This document shows, piece after piece, positions 48,367 through 59,830 of a stretch of DNA of 64,000 nucleotides. Made by a program: the position numbers and the translations under genes. The notes under the pieces are model-generated. The model did not search any database and had not been told where the DNA came from. It saw nothing but the letters and a program-made list of their open reading frames with translations. Position 1 is the first letter of the stretch; each line of letters opens with the position of its first letter. This DNA comes from an uncultured Acidobacteriota bacterium. GTDB taxonomy: Bacteria; Acidobacteriota; Terriglobia; Terriglobales; Acidobacteriaceae. The stretch lies in NCBI GenBank assembly GCA_963838765.1, contig CAWISU010000076.1:514-64513 (forward strand), written 5' to 3'.

Positions 48367-51300
48367 ATGTCAGCTCCCCGATGGAGTTTCCGCAGGACCG
48401 AATTGGCGGTGGTTGTGCTTCTGGCGATGACTTTTGTCCGCCCGTTGTCTGCCCAGACCACGGTCGGAACCGGCAGCATTGTGGGGAACGTCACAGATCC
48501 CTCTTCCGCAGTGGTTAGCGGCGCGGGAGTGACTGTTACCAACGTGGCCACAGGGCAAGTGATTAACCTTACTACCAATTCGTCCGGCGCGTACAACTCT
48601 GGAGCGTTGCTCCCGGGCAATTACAAAGTACGAGTGTCGGAGCGAGGGTTTCGACAGATGGAAATGCCGATCACGGTGCTGGTTGGCAACACCGCGACGG
48701 TGAACATGAAGTTGGAGATCGGGCAGGAGAGTCAGGTTGTCGAAGTGCAAGGCTCTGCCGTACGCGTCAACACGGAGCAGGCGACGGTGCAGGGCGTATT
48801 GAATGCGGAACAGATTGAGAACCTGCCGGTCAATGGCCGCAATTTTCTTGACCTGGCGCAACTCGAGCCTGGGGTTCAGATCCAGGATGGACAGGATTTC
48901 GATCCCACTAAGGCGGGATATTCGTCGATCTCGTTTGGAGGGCGATTCGGCCGCACCGCCCGGATTGAAGTGGATGGCGTCGACGTTTCCGATGAAACGG
49001 TCGGAACCACGACCATGGATATTCCGGCCAGTGGAATTGAGGAATTTCAACTCAGCCAGTCGAGTTTGGATCTGTCGAACGAGCTGACGTCGTCCGGCGC
49101 CGTGAATGTAACCACGAAATCGGGGACGAATAACATTCATGGCGAAGCTTTCGGATTATTCCGCGACAGTTCGTTAGCTGCGGCGTTGCCGACGCCAGCC
49201 GGATTGCCCTCCCCTACTTCTCAACGCTCTCAGTATGGCGGCCGCTTCGGTGGCCCGATTATCAAGAACAAGTTTTTCTACTTCCTGGATGGAGAACGAA
49301 CCGAACAGCACGGCCAGGCGGCGGTGTTGGCGGGCGCACCTTTCAATAATTTTTCGGGCTACTTCAACTCACCATTTATCGAAGACAATCTGATGGGGAA
49401 AGCTGACTACCAACTTACCCAATCCGCGCACCTCTTTTATCGTTTCAGCTACTTCAAGAATTCTCTGCTGGCAGACGCGGGTCTGGGTTTCTCTGTGTAT
49501 GACAACAAGGACATCACCCGGAACCACGTGATTGGGCTGGACTTCAACACCGGAAGTTTCAGCCATAGCATCCGGTTCGATTATCTGAAGTTCCAGAACC
49601 AGATTGTTGACGCAACGATCGGCAGCAGCTTGCCACTGGCCAATTATCCCGTGGAAATACAGATGGGATTCACGGGCCTGGTCACAGGGCCGAACTACCT
49701 GGCTCCGCAGAGCACGCTGCAAAGCAATCACCAGCTCAAGTATGACGGCAGCAAGTCGCTGGGTTCGCATGTGATCCGCTACGGTTTTGGTTGGAACCAC
49801 ATTGTGGGCGGAGGTTTCGCGAATTTCCAGAGCATAGTGCCATACTTGATCACGCAAGTGGGAACTCTCGAAACGACATTTGCGCAGACCGGACCCTTCC
49901 CCGGAGGTATTACGAACCCACTGAATTATCCCGTGGAAGATGTTTACCTGGGCAATGGTTTAGGATATTCGACTACCACACCAGCGTTTGGTTTCCCCGC
50001 GGGCGGGATTACTGACAACCGCATCGGCGCCTATCTGGGTGACAGTTGGAAGATCAAGAAGAACTTCACACTCACCTACGGTTTGCGCTACGTTCGGGAT
50101 AGTGGCCGCACCGACAGCAACCTTCCGGGCATTCCGGAACTCAATGCGTTGCTGCCCGGCTTGGGCAATCCTGTCAGTCAACCCAATTTGAATTTGGCGC
50201 CGCAACTTGGCGTTGCCTGGGATCCGACCGGCCAGGGCAAGACTGTAATCCGCGCTGGCATTGGGATCTTCTACGAAAATGCGATCTGGAATAACGTAGC
50301 CTTCGATGCTCCAGACCGAGAAACGACAGGGGCTTTTGGGCAGTTCCCGACGGCCTGCAATGGCGCCAACACTCCGCAACCGGTTGTGGCTACCGCCGGT
50401 GCACTGCCTCTGCCAACGTTTTGCGGCACTGCATCTGGCGGCCTCGTGGCTATTGGGACTGTAGCCAATCAGATTGAGGCCTACCAGAAACTTTATCAGT
50501 CGCTCTCGCCTTTCAGGGTGACCTTGCCCAATCCGAGCTATGTGGGTTCGCTACTGGATCAAGGAATCGGCTTCGGCACCACTCCTTCGATGTTCGATCC
50601 CAATTACAAGACTCCGCGGTCGGTGCAGATCAACGCCGGCATCCAGCGCGAGATCCGTCCAGGCATGATTTTTAGCGCGGATTTTGTGCGCAACGTGCAG
50701 ACTCACTATTTGCTGGGAATTGATGAGAACCACGCGGGGGATATTCATTACTTCAATAAGACCGGTGCTCTCGACGCAATCAATGTGACAAATGGTCAGT
50801 TTGGTTGCGCCCCGGGGGTCGCCGGCATCCAGTGTGCGATCAATAACGGCGCGACCATGTCGGCGTACGCGGGAAATGGATTGACCTCATCGGCTGATTT
50901 TGATGTAGACTGCGCTGCCCCCGCACCAGTCGGATTTGGTTACCCCTGCGCGTTCGGCGGGATCAACCCTAACGCGCCTCCTCTGCCTTTTTTGAAGCCG
51001 GTGGGCAGATCCGTGTACAACGGCCTGCAGGCGAAATTAATCGAGAATGTGAAACAGCCGGTTCGTGGGGTTCGCATGCTGAACTTTCAGCTGTCGTACT
51101 CGCTATCTCGTTTCGAAAACACGGGCGGTGGTTCAGGCGATAGCCCAGCCGCGTCGGATCAGGACTTCATCATTAGTGCTCTCGACAACGCCGAACCCAA
51201 CCGGTACTTCGGACCGTCTGTGCTGGATCGAACCCATCAGATCTCGTTTGGTGGGTACGCTGATTTGCCGGCAGGATTCCAAGTCAGTATGATCTCGCAC

Positions 51301-51924
51301 TTCTGGAGCCCGCTCGCAGTTTCAGTGGTCGTTCCAAATACAAATCTCGGCCCGGGCGAAATCTTTCGTACTGACTTTACCGGCGATGGCACGGTGCAGG
51401 ATCCCATGCCGGGTACGAAGGTGGGAAACTTCGACCGGGGGATCAATGCGTCAAACATTAATGCGGCCATCACCAACTACAACAACACGTATGCTGGCCA
51501 ACCGACGCCGGCAGGTCAGGTACTAATTCAGAATGGACTGTTCACCTTGCAGCAACTTCAACAGATTGGAGCGTCAACTCTCGGCCAGTCGTTCGGTGAC
51601 GGCGTTGCACCGGCCATTCCGCTTGCTCCTCCGGGACAAGTCAATCTGGCATGGCTGCGTGCGTTCGATATGAAGCTAACCTGGCTTCACACCTTCGGCG
51701 AGCGGTTCACCGTACAGCCAAGTGTGGGTTTCTACAATCTGCTCAATTTCGCCAATTTTGATCTGCCCTCAGCCACGCTGAATGGGTTGCTGACCGGAGC
51801 CGCCGGGCAAATCAATGGGACCAATGTGGCCGGGCACAATATTGATCGCGTAGGCGTGGGAACCGGTGTTTTCGCGCTCGGGTCTCCTCGCCAGATAGAA
51901 TTCGGGTTGCAGCTTAGCTTCTAA
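48367..51924 (+). CDS. TonB-dependent-receptor-like outer membrane protein with N-terminal CarboxypepD_reg domain
   Basis: 1185 aa. It has a signal peptide, then [60 protein letters not shown], a plug-like region (..[18 protein letters not shown]..) and ends in ..LQLSF. Confidence 0.85.
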   Translation: MSAPRWSFRRTELAVVVLLAMTFVRPLSAQTTVGTGSIVGNVTDPSSAVVSGAGVTVTNVATGQVINLTTNSSGAYNSGALLPGNYKVRVSERGFRQMEMPITVLVGNTATVNMKLEIGQESQVVEVQGSAVRVNTEQATVQGVLNAEQIENLPVNGRNFLDLAQLEPGVQIQDGQDFDPTKAGYSSISFGGRFGRTARIEVDGVDVSDETVGTTTMDIPASGIEEFQLSQSSLDLSNELTSSGAVNVTTKSGTNNIHGEAFGLFRDSSLAAALPTPAGLPSPTSQRSQYGGRFGGPIIKNKFFYFLDGERTEQHGQAAVLAGAPFNNFSGYFNSPFIEDNLMGKADYQLTQSAHLFYRFSYFKNSLLADAGLGFSVYDNKDITRNHVIGLDFNTGSFSHSIRFDYLKFQNQIVDATIGSSLPLANYPVEIQMGFTGLVTGPNYLAPQSTLQSNHQLKYDGSKSLGSHVIRYGFGWNHIVGGGFANFQSIVPYLITQVGTLETTFAQTGPFPGGITNPLNYPVEDVYLGNGLGYSTTTPAFGFPAGGITDNRIGAYLGDSWKIKKNFTLTYGLRYVRDSGRTDSNLPGIPELNALLPGLGNPVSQPNLNLAPQLGVAWDPTGQGKTVIRAGIGIFYENAIWNNVAFDAPDRETTGAFGQFPTACNGANTPQPVVATAGALPLPTFCGTASGGLVAIGTVANQIEAYQKLYQSLSPFRVTLPNPSYVGSLLDQGIGFGTTPSMFDPNYKTPRSVQINAGIQREIRPGMIFSADFVRNVQTHYLLGIDENHAGDIHYFNKTGALDAINVTNGQFGCAPGVAGIQCAINNGATMSAYAGNGLTSSADFDVDCAAPAPVGFGYPCAFGGINPNAPPLPFLKPVGRSVYNGLQAKLIENVKQPVRGVRMLNFQLSYSLSRFENTGGGSGDSPAASDQDFIISALDNAEPNRYFGPSVLDRTHQISFGGYADLPAGFQVSMISHFWSPLAVSVVVPNTNLGPGEIFRTDFTGDGTVQDPMPGTKVGNFDRGINASNINAAITNYNNTYAGQPTPAGQVLIQNGLFTLQQLQQIGASTLGQSFGDGVAPAIPLAPPGQVNLAWLRAFDMKLTWLHTFGERFTVQPSVGFYNLLNFANFDLPSATLNGLLTGAAGQINGTNVAGHNIDRVGVGTGVFALGSPRQIEFGLQLSF

Positions 51925-51930
51925 GAAGAG

Positions 51931-51972
51931 AGCCGCAATCCAGTTTCGATTGCGGCTTAGACGTTTTGTTAG
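51931..51972 (+). terminator. Rho-independent terminator
   Basis: Stem agccgcaatc / gattgcggct (10 bp) with the loop cagtttc, followed by tagacgttttgtt. It begins 7 nt after the stop codon. Confidence 0.6.
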
Positions 51973-52104
51973 TGCGCGTAGTTTTGACTGCGTGGCCACA
52001 GAAAGGTAGGGCACCGTTGATCGATAGAACGCCGTCTTGCAAAGCCTGCTGGAGCATTCACTGAGGCAAGACGGAAAATCTGCCGCGACCGGGTCAACCC
52101 TCGG

Positions 52105-53368
52105 CTAAGGCGTGGCGTGAAACAGCGTTCCGAAACTTGCGAATCCGCCGAGCATCATGCTGCCATAGAGATCGTCATGCGAACCTAAAGTCACGCCCGT
52201 CGGAAAAAATCCATCTGTGTTTCGTCCCCCCGTCTGCTCATCGAAATCGTAGAGGTCGGTATACTTCCCCCTCGTGTCGATTCTGAACAAGCATCCCGTA
52301 TTGTGAGCGCCGTCGAATTTTTGGGCGCCATACAAGTTGCCTTTCGAGTCCCTCACCAGGAGGTTGGCAAAGAACGAAGAACGGGTGATCGGCGGAGTAA
52401 AGGTGAACAGCACGCTGAAAGCGCCAGTCTTGGTGTCGACCTTGAAAATGGTTCCGTAGCCATCGGGGCTGCCGTGGTGATCTCCGCCCCCTGATGCAAT
52501 GCCATAGAGGTTGTCTTCCGAGTCGATAATCACACCCAGAGGGCCGGCGCCGTCTTTGTGGTTGCTGAACGTGTGCAGTACGGTGTACTTGCCGTGGACA
52601 TCCACTTTGAAGATGGTTCCGCAGCCGGGGGCATAATTATTACGGTCGCCCACGGCCCGGCACGCGCGGATGCCGCCAAACATAGCAGCGCCGTACAGGT
52701 TGCCTTTACTATCCCGCACCAGGCCGCTTTCTGGATACATTCCATCCGTTCCCTTAAAGGTGTGGATTGTCGTGAACTTGCCGTTTGGGGTCATCTTAAA
52801 CAGGGTTCCGCAGCCCAACCCGTGATAGTCCCAACCGCAATTGGGTGTGCCTCCGTAGGGAACCATGCCATAGACGTTGCCTTTCGCGTCCAAGGCGACA
52901 GGGGAATCTAAGGAGCCGAAATTGACGCCGGCCGAAGGGGCGTAGGATGTCTCCTGGCCTCCCGGAGTAAGCTTGTATACCACCGACAAGCCAAAGAAGC
53001 CGCTGCCCTGAGTCGTCCCATAGAGGTTGCCACTAGCGTCCCGAACCAAGGCCGGCGATCGGATAGACGCCATTGTTCCCGGCAGTGAAGTCGTAGAGAT
53101 CTTTGAGCTCGCCAGCGCGGTTGACCTTGAACACGTACCCGCAACCGAAATCACAGAGGCTGCTACCACCAGCTTCGGCTGCGCCATACAAATTGCCTTC
53201 CGCGTCCCGGATCAGCGGAGTAGGATACACGCCATCTGCTGAACCGGTGAACGTATGCAGAACCGTGTAGTGGTATTGCGCATTCGCCGGCAGGGCGGCG
53301 AGTACCGTCAACAACAACGTGACGAATGCGACACGATAAAAAGTGCTGCGGCATCTCTTGCTTAGCAT
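52105..53368 (-). pseudogene. second GloVer tandem-repeat secreted protein, +1 frame break near 53040-53060
   Basis: The start is the complement of 53366-53368, with the SD GAGGGA upstream. The product begins MLSKRCRSTFYRVAFVTLLLTVLAALPANA plus the first repeats and ends ...VYPIAGLGSGR*. The +1 frame continues VRDASGNLYGTTQGSGFFGLSVVYKL... as ORF 52105-53187. Confidence 0.75.
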
Positions 53369-53657
53369 GTTAATTCCCTCCCCAATCGGACGCACCGATG
53401 TAGGCAGATCGAATTTGTTATGAACGCAATCGACATCCAAATCTCGTTCAGGGGCCATTTAATGCCAGAGAGACCGACTTTCACAAATCACATGTCTATT
53501 ACCTCCATCTCACAGGCCAACTGAATGATTAACAGACATTTAGCGCCTGCATGCGTTTGCCCTGACAACTCGCTATTGGCGGCTTGACATCCCCGTTACA
53601 CTGTTTGCAAGATAACTTGCAACGCGGGCGCCCCCTCCCTCGATTTGGCCTTGAACA

Positions 53658-56561
53658 ATGTCTCCTGTCGAGTCCGGTAATTCAGAACCCGAGCGCTTGA
53701 ATAAGAGTGTGGCAGGCGCGAATGGCTCAAATGTACCTCCCCGCGTGTGTTTCGGGCTTTATGAAGTCGATTTGCACGCGCACGAGCTTCGTAAAGGAGG
53801 GCTCAGACTTAAGATTCCGCACCAGTCATTTCAAATTCTGGCCATGCTCCTCGAAAAACCAGGCGAAGTTGTCTCTCGCGAGGATATGAGACGGAAGTTG
53901 TGGCCGAGCGACGTCTTCGTCAATTTTGAAGCCAGCCTCAATAGTGCGGTGCAAAGGTTACGGAGCGCGCTGCAGGATACCTCGCTCGAACCGCGCTACA
54001 TCGAAACCCTGCCCCGGGTAGGTTATCGCTTCATAGCTGGAGTTGAATCGCTTCCAGTCTCCGAGATTCCGGTCTCGGACGACGCGCCGCAAAGCGCGCC
54101 GAGGTCGGATTGCGCTGAGCTGCCATCGGTCGACGCGACACCCGAGCAGTTGTCGATCATGCTACCAGTAAAAGGTCGCAACTGGTTTTGGGCAACGGCG
54201 GTCCTACTCCTGATGCTGTTCGTCGCGTATGTTGGGTATCGCTATAGCCGCCGAGATCAGCATGTGCCGGAGGCGCAAGCTCAACCCTCTGTGGTCATTC
54301 CCTCCGGTCTCCCACGCCGGTCGGTTGCGGTGATGGGTTTCACGAACGCTTCCGGAAATGCGCGGGACGTATGGTTATCGACCGCATTTACTGAGATGCT
54401 CGCGACCGAATTGACTGCGGGCGACCACCTCAGAACGGTGGCCGCGGAAGATGTTGCCCGAGCGAAACTTGAACTCTCCCTCACCAATAAGGATAGCTAT
54501 GGCGGCAATACCTTAACCAAGATTCGCAAGGATATTGGTTGCGATTATGTGGTTGCCGGCTCGTACCTCGCAATTGGACAGGTAAGCAACGGACGGGTTC
54601 GCCTCGATGCTCGCCTGCAGGACGCAGTAACCGGGGATACGGTTGCGAGCATAGCGGTGGTCGGCTCCCAGTCGGAGCTGTTCGACCTGGCGTCTCGCGC
54701 CGGCGAACAACTGCGGGCAAAACTAGGGATTGGGACGTTGACCTCGACCGAGGCGGAGGAAGCCAAGCTCGCTCTGCCTTCGAATCCCGAGGCAGCCAGG
54801 CTCTACTCCGACGGAGTCGCCAAATTGCGGGTCTACGACGATATAAACGCCTGCGATCTGTTTGAAAGAGCGATTCGTTTGCAGCCTGACTATTCACCGG
54901 CGTATTCGGCCTTGGCAAGCGCACGGTTTGCTCTCGGGTACGACGCCGAGGCCAAAGTTGCGGCGCGAAAAGCTCTGGACCTGGCGTACAATCTGCCACA
55001 ACAAGTGCGGCTGCAAACCGAGGCCCACTATCGCAAGATCAACGGAGACTGGGCACAGGCGGCCGAAATCTATTCCCAGCTGCAGCGATCTTACCCTGAC
55101 AATCTTGACTACGGTTTGAACCTCGCCTTCGTGCAAGACGTGATGGGCAAAGGTGCTGAAGCGGTAGCGACGACGATTACTGCTTTGAGAAAGTTGCCCG
55201 CTCCGGAACGCGACGATCCGAGAATTGATCTTGCGGAAGCCAGAATCGCCGGCGACCTTGCGGACTACAAACGAGAACAAGCCTTAGCCGAGAGTGCGGC
55301 CAGAAAAGCGGAGATGACTGGGGCACGCCTGCTGCTGGCGCGCGCGAAGCTTGTTGTGGGATATGCTGCGGATGGTTTGGGAAATTTCAGGAGTGCGAGA
55401 GATGCCTATGCCGTAGCCCAGCAAATGTGCGCCGAATCAGGAGATGTGGTCGGGGCTGCCTTAGCAGAAATGGACATCGGGATTACGTTGGACGAACAAG
55501 GCGATCTTGCCGGGGCCAAGCGCAGCTACGAGCAAGTGCTGCCGGTATTCCAAGGAAAAGGTGATCAGTTGAGTCTGGTGGCCGCACTCACCAACCTTAG
55601 CCTGATCTATTCGCGCGAAGGGGACCTGCCGAAACAGGAGCACCTTATTCGCGAAGCCCTGGCTATCTCCCATAAGCTGAATAGGATGGATAAACTCGAC
55701 ATCGAAACAAGCAACCTTGCCCAGTCGCTCGAGCGGCAGGGAAAGCTTCGCGAAGCAAGAAACATCCTGGAGCCGCTCGTGGAACATCTTCGCAGCACGG
55801 GGAAGAAATCACTTCTGGGAGACGCCATCGAAATCCTCGGCTCAACCGTGGAGGCTCAGGGAGACATGACAACGGCGCTGCGCATGTACCAAGAGGCGGT
55901 TGCACTTTTTAAAGACTCGGGCAACAAGACGGCATATGCCGGTGCCGAGCGGTACATGGGGAAGGCACTACTCAGAGAGGGAGATTTTGTGAGTGCAAAA
56001 CAGGCCCTTTCCGAAGGGCTTTTGGTGGATCGTGAAACTGGCGCAAAGACTGACACAGCCCTGGATCAGGTTGCGCTTGCCGAACTTTCATTGGCGCAGG
56101 CAGGAACAGTGGACATGGGCGCTCTTCAGTGCGTGATCGACCAGTTTCGACTACAGAAAATAACCGATGGTGAAATCGAAGCGGAGATCATCCTGGCGCG
56201 GGAGAGCATTCAACAGGGCAAAACTGCCGAAGCTGCGAAAATCCTTGGGCAAAGTGCCTTTCTTTTGGCAAAGAGCTACGATCCGACTGTCCGTTTCGAT
56301 GTCGCACTGGCCACCGCTCACCTTCGACGTGCACAGCATCGTTTTACCGACGCGAGGAGTACCATCCGACCTGCGTTCGAGAAGGCCGTGGCAGTGGGTT
56401 GCGTGCGCTGCCAACTGGAAGCTCGACTGGAACTGGGAGAGATGGAGATCCAAGCGGGAAACGCAGAGCCGGGGCATGCTCAATTGCGTGATCTTGCCGC
56501 CGAAGCTGGGCGCAGGGGATTCCGCCTGATTGCTGAGCATGCTGCCGCCGAAAGCAGGTAA
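53658..56561 (+). CDS. membrane-bound transcriptional regulator: OmpR/PhoB-type winged-helix DNA-binding domain, TM segment and large TPR-rich sensor region
   Basis: 967 aa. The N-terminus reads YEVDLHAHELRKGGLRLKIPHQSFQILAMLLEKPGEVVSREDMRRKLWP...IETLPRVGYRF. A TM segment WFWATAVLLLMLFVAYVGY follows, and then many TPR-like repeats. Confidence 0.8.
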   Translation: MSPVESGNSEPERLNKSVAGANGSNVPPRVCFGLYEVDLHAHELRKGGLRLKIPHQSFQILAMLLEKPGEVVSREDMRRKLWPSDVFVNFEASLNSAVQRLRSALQDTSLEPRYIETLPRVGYRFIAGVESLPVSEIPVSDDAPQSAPRSDCAELPSVDATPEQLSIMLPVKGRNWFWATAVLLLMLFVAYVGYRYSRRDQHVPEAQAQPSVVIPSGLPRRSVAVMGFTNASGNARDVWLSTAFTEMLATELTAGDHLRTVAAEDVARAKLELSLTNKDSYGGNTLTKIRKDIGCDYVVAGSYLAIGQVSNGRVRLDARLQDAVTGDTVASIAVVGSQSELFDLASRAGEQLRAKLGIGTLTSTEAEEAKLALPSNPEAARLYSDGVAKLRVYDDINACDLFERAIRLQPDYSPAYSALASARFALGYDAEAKVAARKALDLAYNLPQQVRLQTEAHYRKINGDWAQAAEIYSQLQRSYPDNLDYGLNLAFVQDVMGKGAEAVATTITALRKLPAPERDDPRIDLAEARIAGDLADYKREQALAESAARKAEMTGARLLLARAKLVVGYAADGLGNFRSARDAYAVAQQMCAESGDVVGAALAEMDIGITLDEQGDLAGAKRSYEQVLPVFQGKGDQLSLVAALTNLSLIYSREGDLPKQEHLIREALAISHKLNRMDKLDIETSNLAQSLERQGKLREARNILEPLVEHLRSTGKKSLLGDAIEILGSTVEAQGDMTTALRMYQEAVALFKDSGNKTAYAGAERYMGKALLREGDFVSAKQALSEGLLVDRETGAKTDTALDQVALAELSLAQAGTVDMGALQCVIDQFRLQKITDGEIEAEIILARESIQQGKTAEAAKILGQSAFLLAKSYDPTVRFDVALATAHLRRAQHRFTDARSTIRPAFEKAVAVGCVRCQLEARLELGEMEIQAGNAEPGHAQLRDLAAEAGRRGFRLIAEHAAAESR

Positions 56562-56871
56562 CCATTCAAATTCAAAAAAGGCTCCGGAGGCGCAATTCCG
56601 GGTCAGTCCTGAATGTGATTACCAGGTCGGGAACCTCTGCCTTTCATGGCAACATGTATGAGTTTGTCCGGAACGAAGAACTGAATGCCAAGGGCTGCGA
56701 TCCCACAACGCCGGAGTAGCGTCACCGTCGCCAAGGCCCTGAACAACCGCAGCGGATGCACCGCGGCGTGGAACCATCGAGACACCAGAGCGGTAGAGGA
56801 GATGGCTCAGACGCGCTCGAATAGCTTGGGCAGGCTGGTTTTCAGTCCTCTGGCAATCTTCCGAATGTTCC

Positions 56872-58110
56872 TCATTCGGGTCCAGCTTTGCTAAGCAGGG
56901 AAATTATCTGAACTCTGCCTGCGGTCCTCGCGAGTTGCGTCGCGGTGCTTCCCTGGACATCTCTATCGTGTACATGGGCACCCCGTTGCAGCAGGGTCTG
57001 CACAACATCGAGGTGGCCCTTGAACGCGGCCTCCATCAGGGGCGTCCTTCCATGAATGTCCTTCGCATTCACAGCTGCTCCATTATCCAGCAACGTCCGC
57101 ACAACATCAGCTCGACCCTCATTTGCCGCCTCCACCAAAGCGGTGCGGCCCAGATTGCTCTTGAGGTTGACGTCGGCGTGCTTCGCCACCAAAATTCTCG
57201 CAATATCGTCGTGTCCTTCACGCGCGGCTATCATCAACGCCGTCCAGCCTCCCGACAGGTAGCCAGGGCAATCGCATTTGGCATTGACGTCCGCACCTCT
57301 GTCAACCAGCGTTTGCACGAGGGACGCTCGGTCACGGTCCGCTGCCAAAAGTAGGGCAGTCCATCCTTCTTGATCTTTCGCATTCACGTCAACCCCACGG
57401 CTAAGCAGAAAACTTACAGTGTCGTTCCGGTCCTGATCGGATACATCTACCACCGTTGACCCAGCTGCCTCCAGCAACGCCTCCGATCCAACCTCGTTCA
57501 GTTTCACTCCTTTTTCCAGAAGAGCGCGCAAGACGTCCGTGCGTGCATTCTTTGCTGCCGTGACGAAGGCTTCGTTTATTACCGGCGCGCCAGCGCCCTG
57601 GTCCAAAAGGAGCTGCACTGTATCCGCTTTTCCTCGCGCCGCGGCCAGCGACAAAGCGGTTCCACCCCCAACGTTTTTCTCGTTAACGTTAGCTTTGGCT
57701 TTGAGCAAGACTTTGATGATTTCGGTGCGATTTTCGGCTGTCGCGGCCATTAGGGCCGTATTACCGTCGTCGTCCTTTGCATTCGGGTCCATGCCCGCCG
57801 CAACGAATAACTTCACAGCCTGCATGTCTCCTTGCTGTGCGTGCTGTATAAAGGCCTGCGGTGTGTAGTCGACAGACAGGTCCTTCAATTCGAGGCGCGC
57901 CCTTTCCGGGCTTTGCCCCTTGAGCAAATCAAGAAGGCGTTTTGTTGCATCTGAAAATGTCGAAAGCGCAATAACGATGGTTCCTGCGACGAGTAGGACA
58001 GCGACGACGGGGTTATTCTTGATTCTCGCTATAATTCTGTCGAAAAGCGAGTCTCGTTGTTTCATGGCTTTCGCCCCCAACGAGCAATTCGGTTCGGTGA
58101 TGCCCGACAT
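56872..58110 (-). CDS. membrane-anchored ankyrin-repeat protein
   Basis: 412 aa. The N-terminal TM segment is VVAVLLVAGTIVIALS. About 9 ankyrin units follow (e.g. GNTALMAATAENRTEIIKVLLKAKANVN, GWTALLLAADRDRASLVQTLVDRGADVN). Confidence 0.85.
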   Translation of the reverse strand: MSGITEPNCSLGAKAMKQRDSLFDRIIARIKNNPVVAVLLVAGTIVIALSTFSDATKRLLDLLKGQSPERARLELKDLSVDYTPQAFIQHAQQGDMQAVKLFVAAGMDPNAKDDDGNTALMAATAENRTEIIKVLLKAKANVNEKNVGGGTALSLAAARGKADTVQLLLDQGAGAPVINEAFVTAAKNARTDVLRALLEKGVKLNEVGSEALLEAAGSTVVDVSDQDRNDTVSFLLSRGVDVNAKDQEGWTALLLAADRDRASLVQTLVDRGADVNAKCDCPGYLSGGWTALMIAAREGHDDIARILVAKHADVNLKSNLGRTALVEAANEGRADVVRTLLDNGAAVNAKDIHGRTPLMEAAFKGHLDVVQTLLQRGAHVHDRDVQGSTATQLARTAGRVQIISLLSKAGPE

Positions 58111-58254
58111 TAATCGTGCGGCGAGAAGTGCTCGGTACAGCGTATGTCAGGTAACACTAGCAGACCAAGATAGGACTGTCCATTTGGGTGCATGCGGCCG
58201 GGAGCAGATCGCACCATCGCCAAACAGCCCATCAATTTTCCGCGCCAGCGAAGC

Positions 58255-58362
58255 TTACAGAGCAACCAGCCTATAAAAGAAAGCTAAGGTCAAGATCGTA
58301 ATGGCGATGGTTGCAGCCCCAGCAAGGGTTTCGCCAATAATTGCGCTCCTGGCTTTTTCCAT
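58255..58362 (-). CDS. possible 35-aa membrane peptide
   Basis: Absent from the ORF track. The SD GAAGGAGAG lies 6 nt before the ATG (complement of 58360-58362). The product is MEKARSAIIGETLAGAATIAITILTLAFFYRLVAL. Confidence 0.3.
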   Translation of the reverse strand: MEKARSAIIGETLAGAATIAITILTLAFFYRLVAL

Positions 58363-58846
58363 ATGTGCTCTCCTTCAGTATCATTTGGGAGAACACCTAA
58401 TCCTAAGTTCGACGAAGAATTGCGGCAGTGACGAAGCTCACTTAAAGGTGTGACCGAGTCATGGCGATCCGCAAATAATCCACGCAAATCAAGAGGAGCG
58501 GGGGGCCTGACGGCAACATGATTGTCGAAATCAGTGCAACGCTCGTTGAGATAAGCCGATCCGGGGTCAACGACGATCACGGAAGTGAGCCAGGCAATCG
58601 AACGAGAGTAGAAAACTGTCCTGAGGCGGAGCGGTTGATGACCCATCCCGAAGTCGGTGCCTCGACCGCACCGGCGCAGCGAGCATCATCGAAATCCAAC
58701 GAAGTAGATTCATTAAAAGTAGCTCCTTGGAAGTGAGAGATTGTCCAAGCACGCTCACGCCGCAACAAGAAGCGACGCCCGCGTGACGTAATTATAATAT
58801 GTCGTTACCTCGCCAAGTGTCGATGTGTGTGATATCTTGTTGAGCT

Positions 58847-59583
58847 GTGCGAACATTAACATCCATTCTTGCCATTGCCCTCATAGGCTCGGTTTACGCC
58901 GCCGCGGATCAACCAGCGGTTGGGGTGGAGCGCCGGCAGCGCGCTGCGACTGCGCTTCACGAGGGAATCCTTTTGCTGCATGCCAAGTCCACGCTGGATT
59001 TTGACGCTGACGGTTTCCGCCAGGAACCATTCTTTTATTACTTTACTGGCTTGGAAAATACGGTAGGAGCGGTGCTTGCCATCGACGGAAGAACGGGAGA
59101 GAGTTGGCTTTTTCTGCCATCGAGAGGTCCGTCAAGGGGCGGCCTGGCGCTGGAAGCGCAGCCTGAAGCAGAAGCCGCAAAGCTACTGGGGTTTGAGCAC
59201 GTTGTCGATTGGTCCGAGATGGAGACCTTCTTTTCTGGGCGCTGCGCGAGGGTGTGACGGTCGATCAGGTGTTCGAGGTCTGGCGGAACGAACTCGCAGG
59301 TCACCGGGCATCGGCGAAGAGCCAATTGGCGCAGCACGCGATCGATTCCTGGTCGGACCGTAAGAATGTTCCGTTCTGGCAGGTGCATACAACGAACCTG
59401 GTCGAAGTTTTTGCTTCGGGGCCGCTCAAGGCAGGCACCACGATCAACTATGAACCGATTGCTTCGGTAGATAGGCAAGGATTTTTCCTCGAAGACACGT
59501 ACCTGATCACCAGGGACGGTGCGGAGCTTCTAACTCCTGGCGTCCCATATTCGGCTGAGGACATCGAAGCTGCGATGCGATAG
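58847..59583 (+). pseudogene. remnant of an M24-family Xaa-Pro aminopeptidase (N-terminal domain plus extreme C-terminus, catalytic core missing, frame change)
   Basis: ORF 58847-59257 has a signal peptide plus an AMP_N-like FRQEPFFYYFTGLENTVGAVLAIDGRTGESWLFLP. ORF 59209-59583 ends ..LKAGTTINYEPIASVDRQGFFLEDTYLITRDGAELLTPGVPYSAEDIEAAM, which is like the M24 C-terminus. The total of about 245 aa compares with more than 400 expected. Confidence 0.5.
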
Positions 59584-59585
59584 GG

Positions 59586-59750
59586 CTACGGTAGGGCCGA
59601 TGCTACAGCGTGTGCGTAGAGTTCGTCGATCTGCTTGCGATATTGTTCTTCGATTACACGGCGGCGTAGTTTGAGCGTAGGCGTGAGAGCGCCGTTGTCG
59701 GCAGAAAATTCTTCGGGGATGAGCAACACGCGCTTTAGCTTCAAAAAACA
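59586..59750 (-). pseudogene. C-terminal remnant of a long-chain acyl-CoA synthetase (AMP-binding C-terminal domain)
   Basis: The reverse strand reads ..LKLKRVLLIPEEFSADNGALTPTLKLRRRVIEEQYRKQIDELYAHAVASALP*. There is no upstream AMP-binding body in any frame. Confidence 0.5.
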
Positions 59751-59830
59751 ATACGAGTTGGCAGCAACTGTGCTTGAGAAACTTTCAGTTTTTCTGTCTG
59801 GTCAGCGAGGTGTAAAGCGTTGCCAGGAAT

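Noticed and set aside
48370-49140. 256-aa minus-strand ORF
   Set aside because: It is antisense to the 1185-aa receptor gene and is a shadow ORF.
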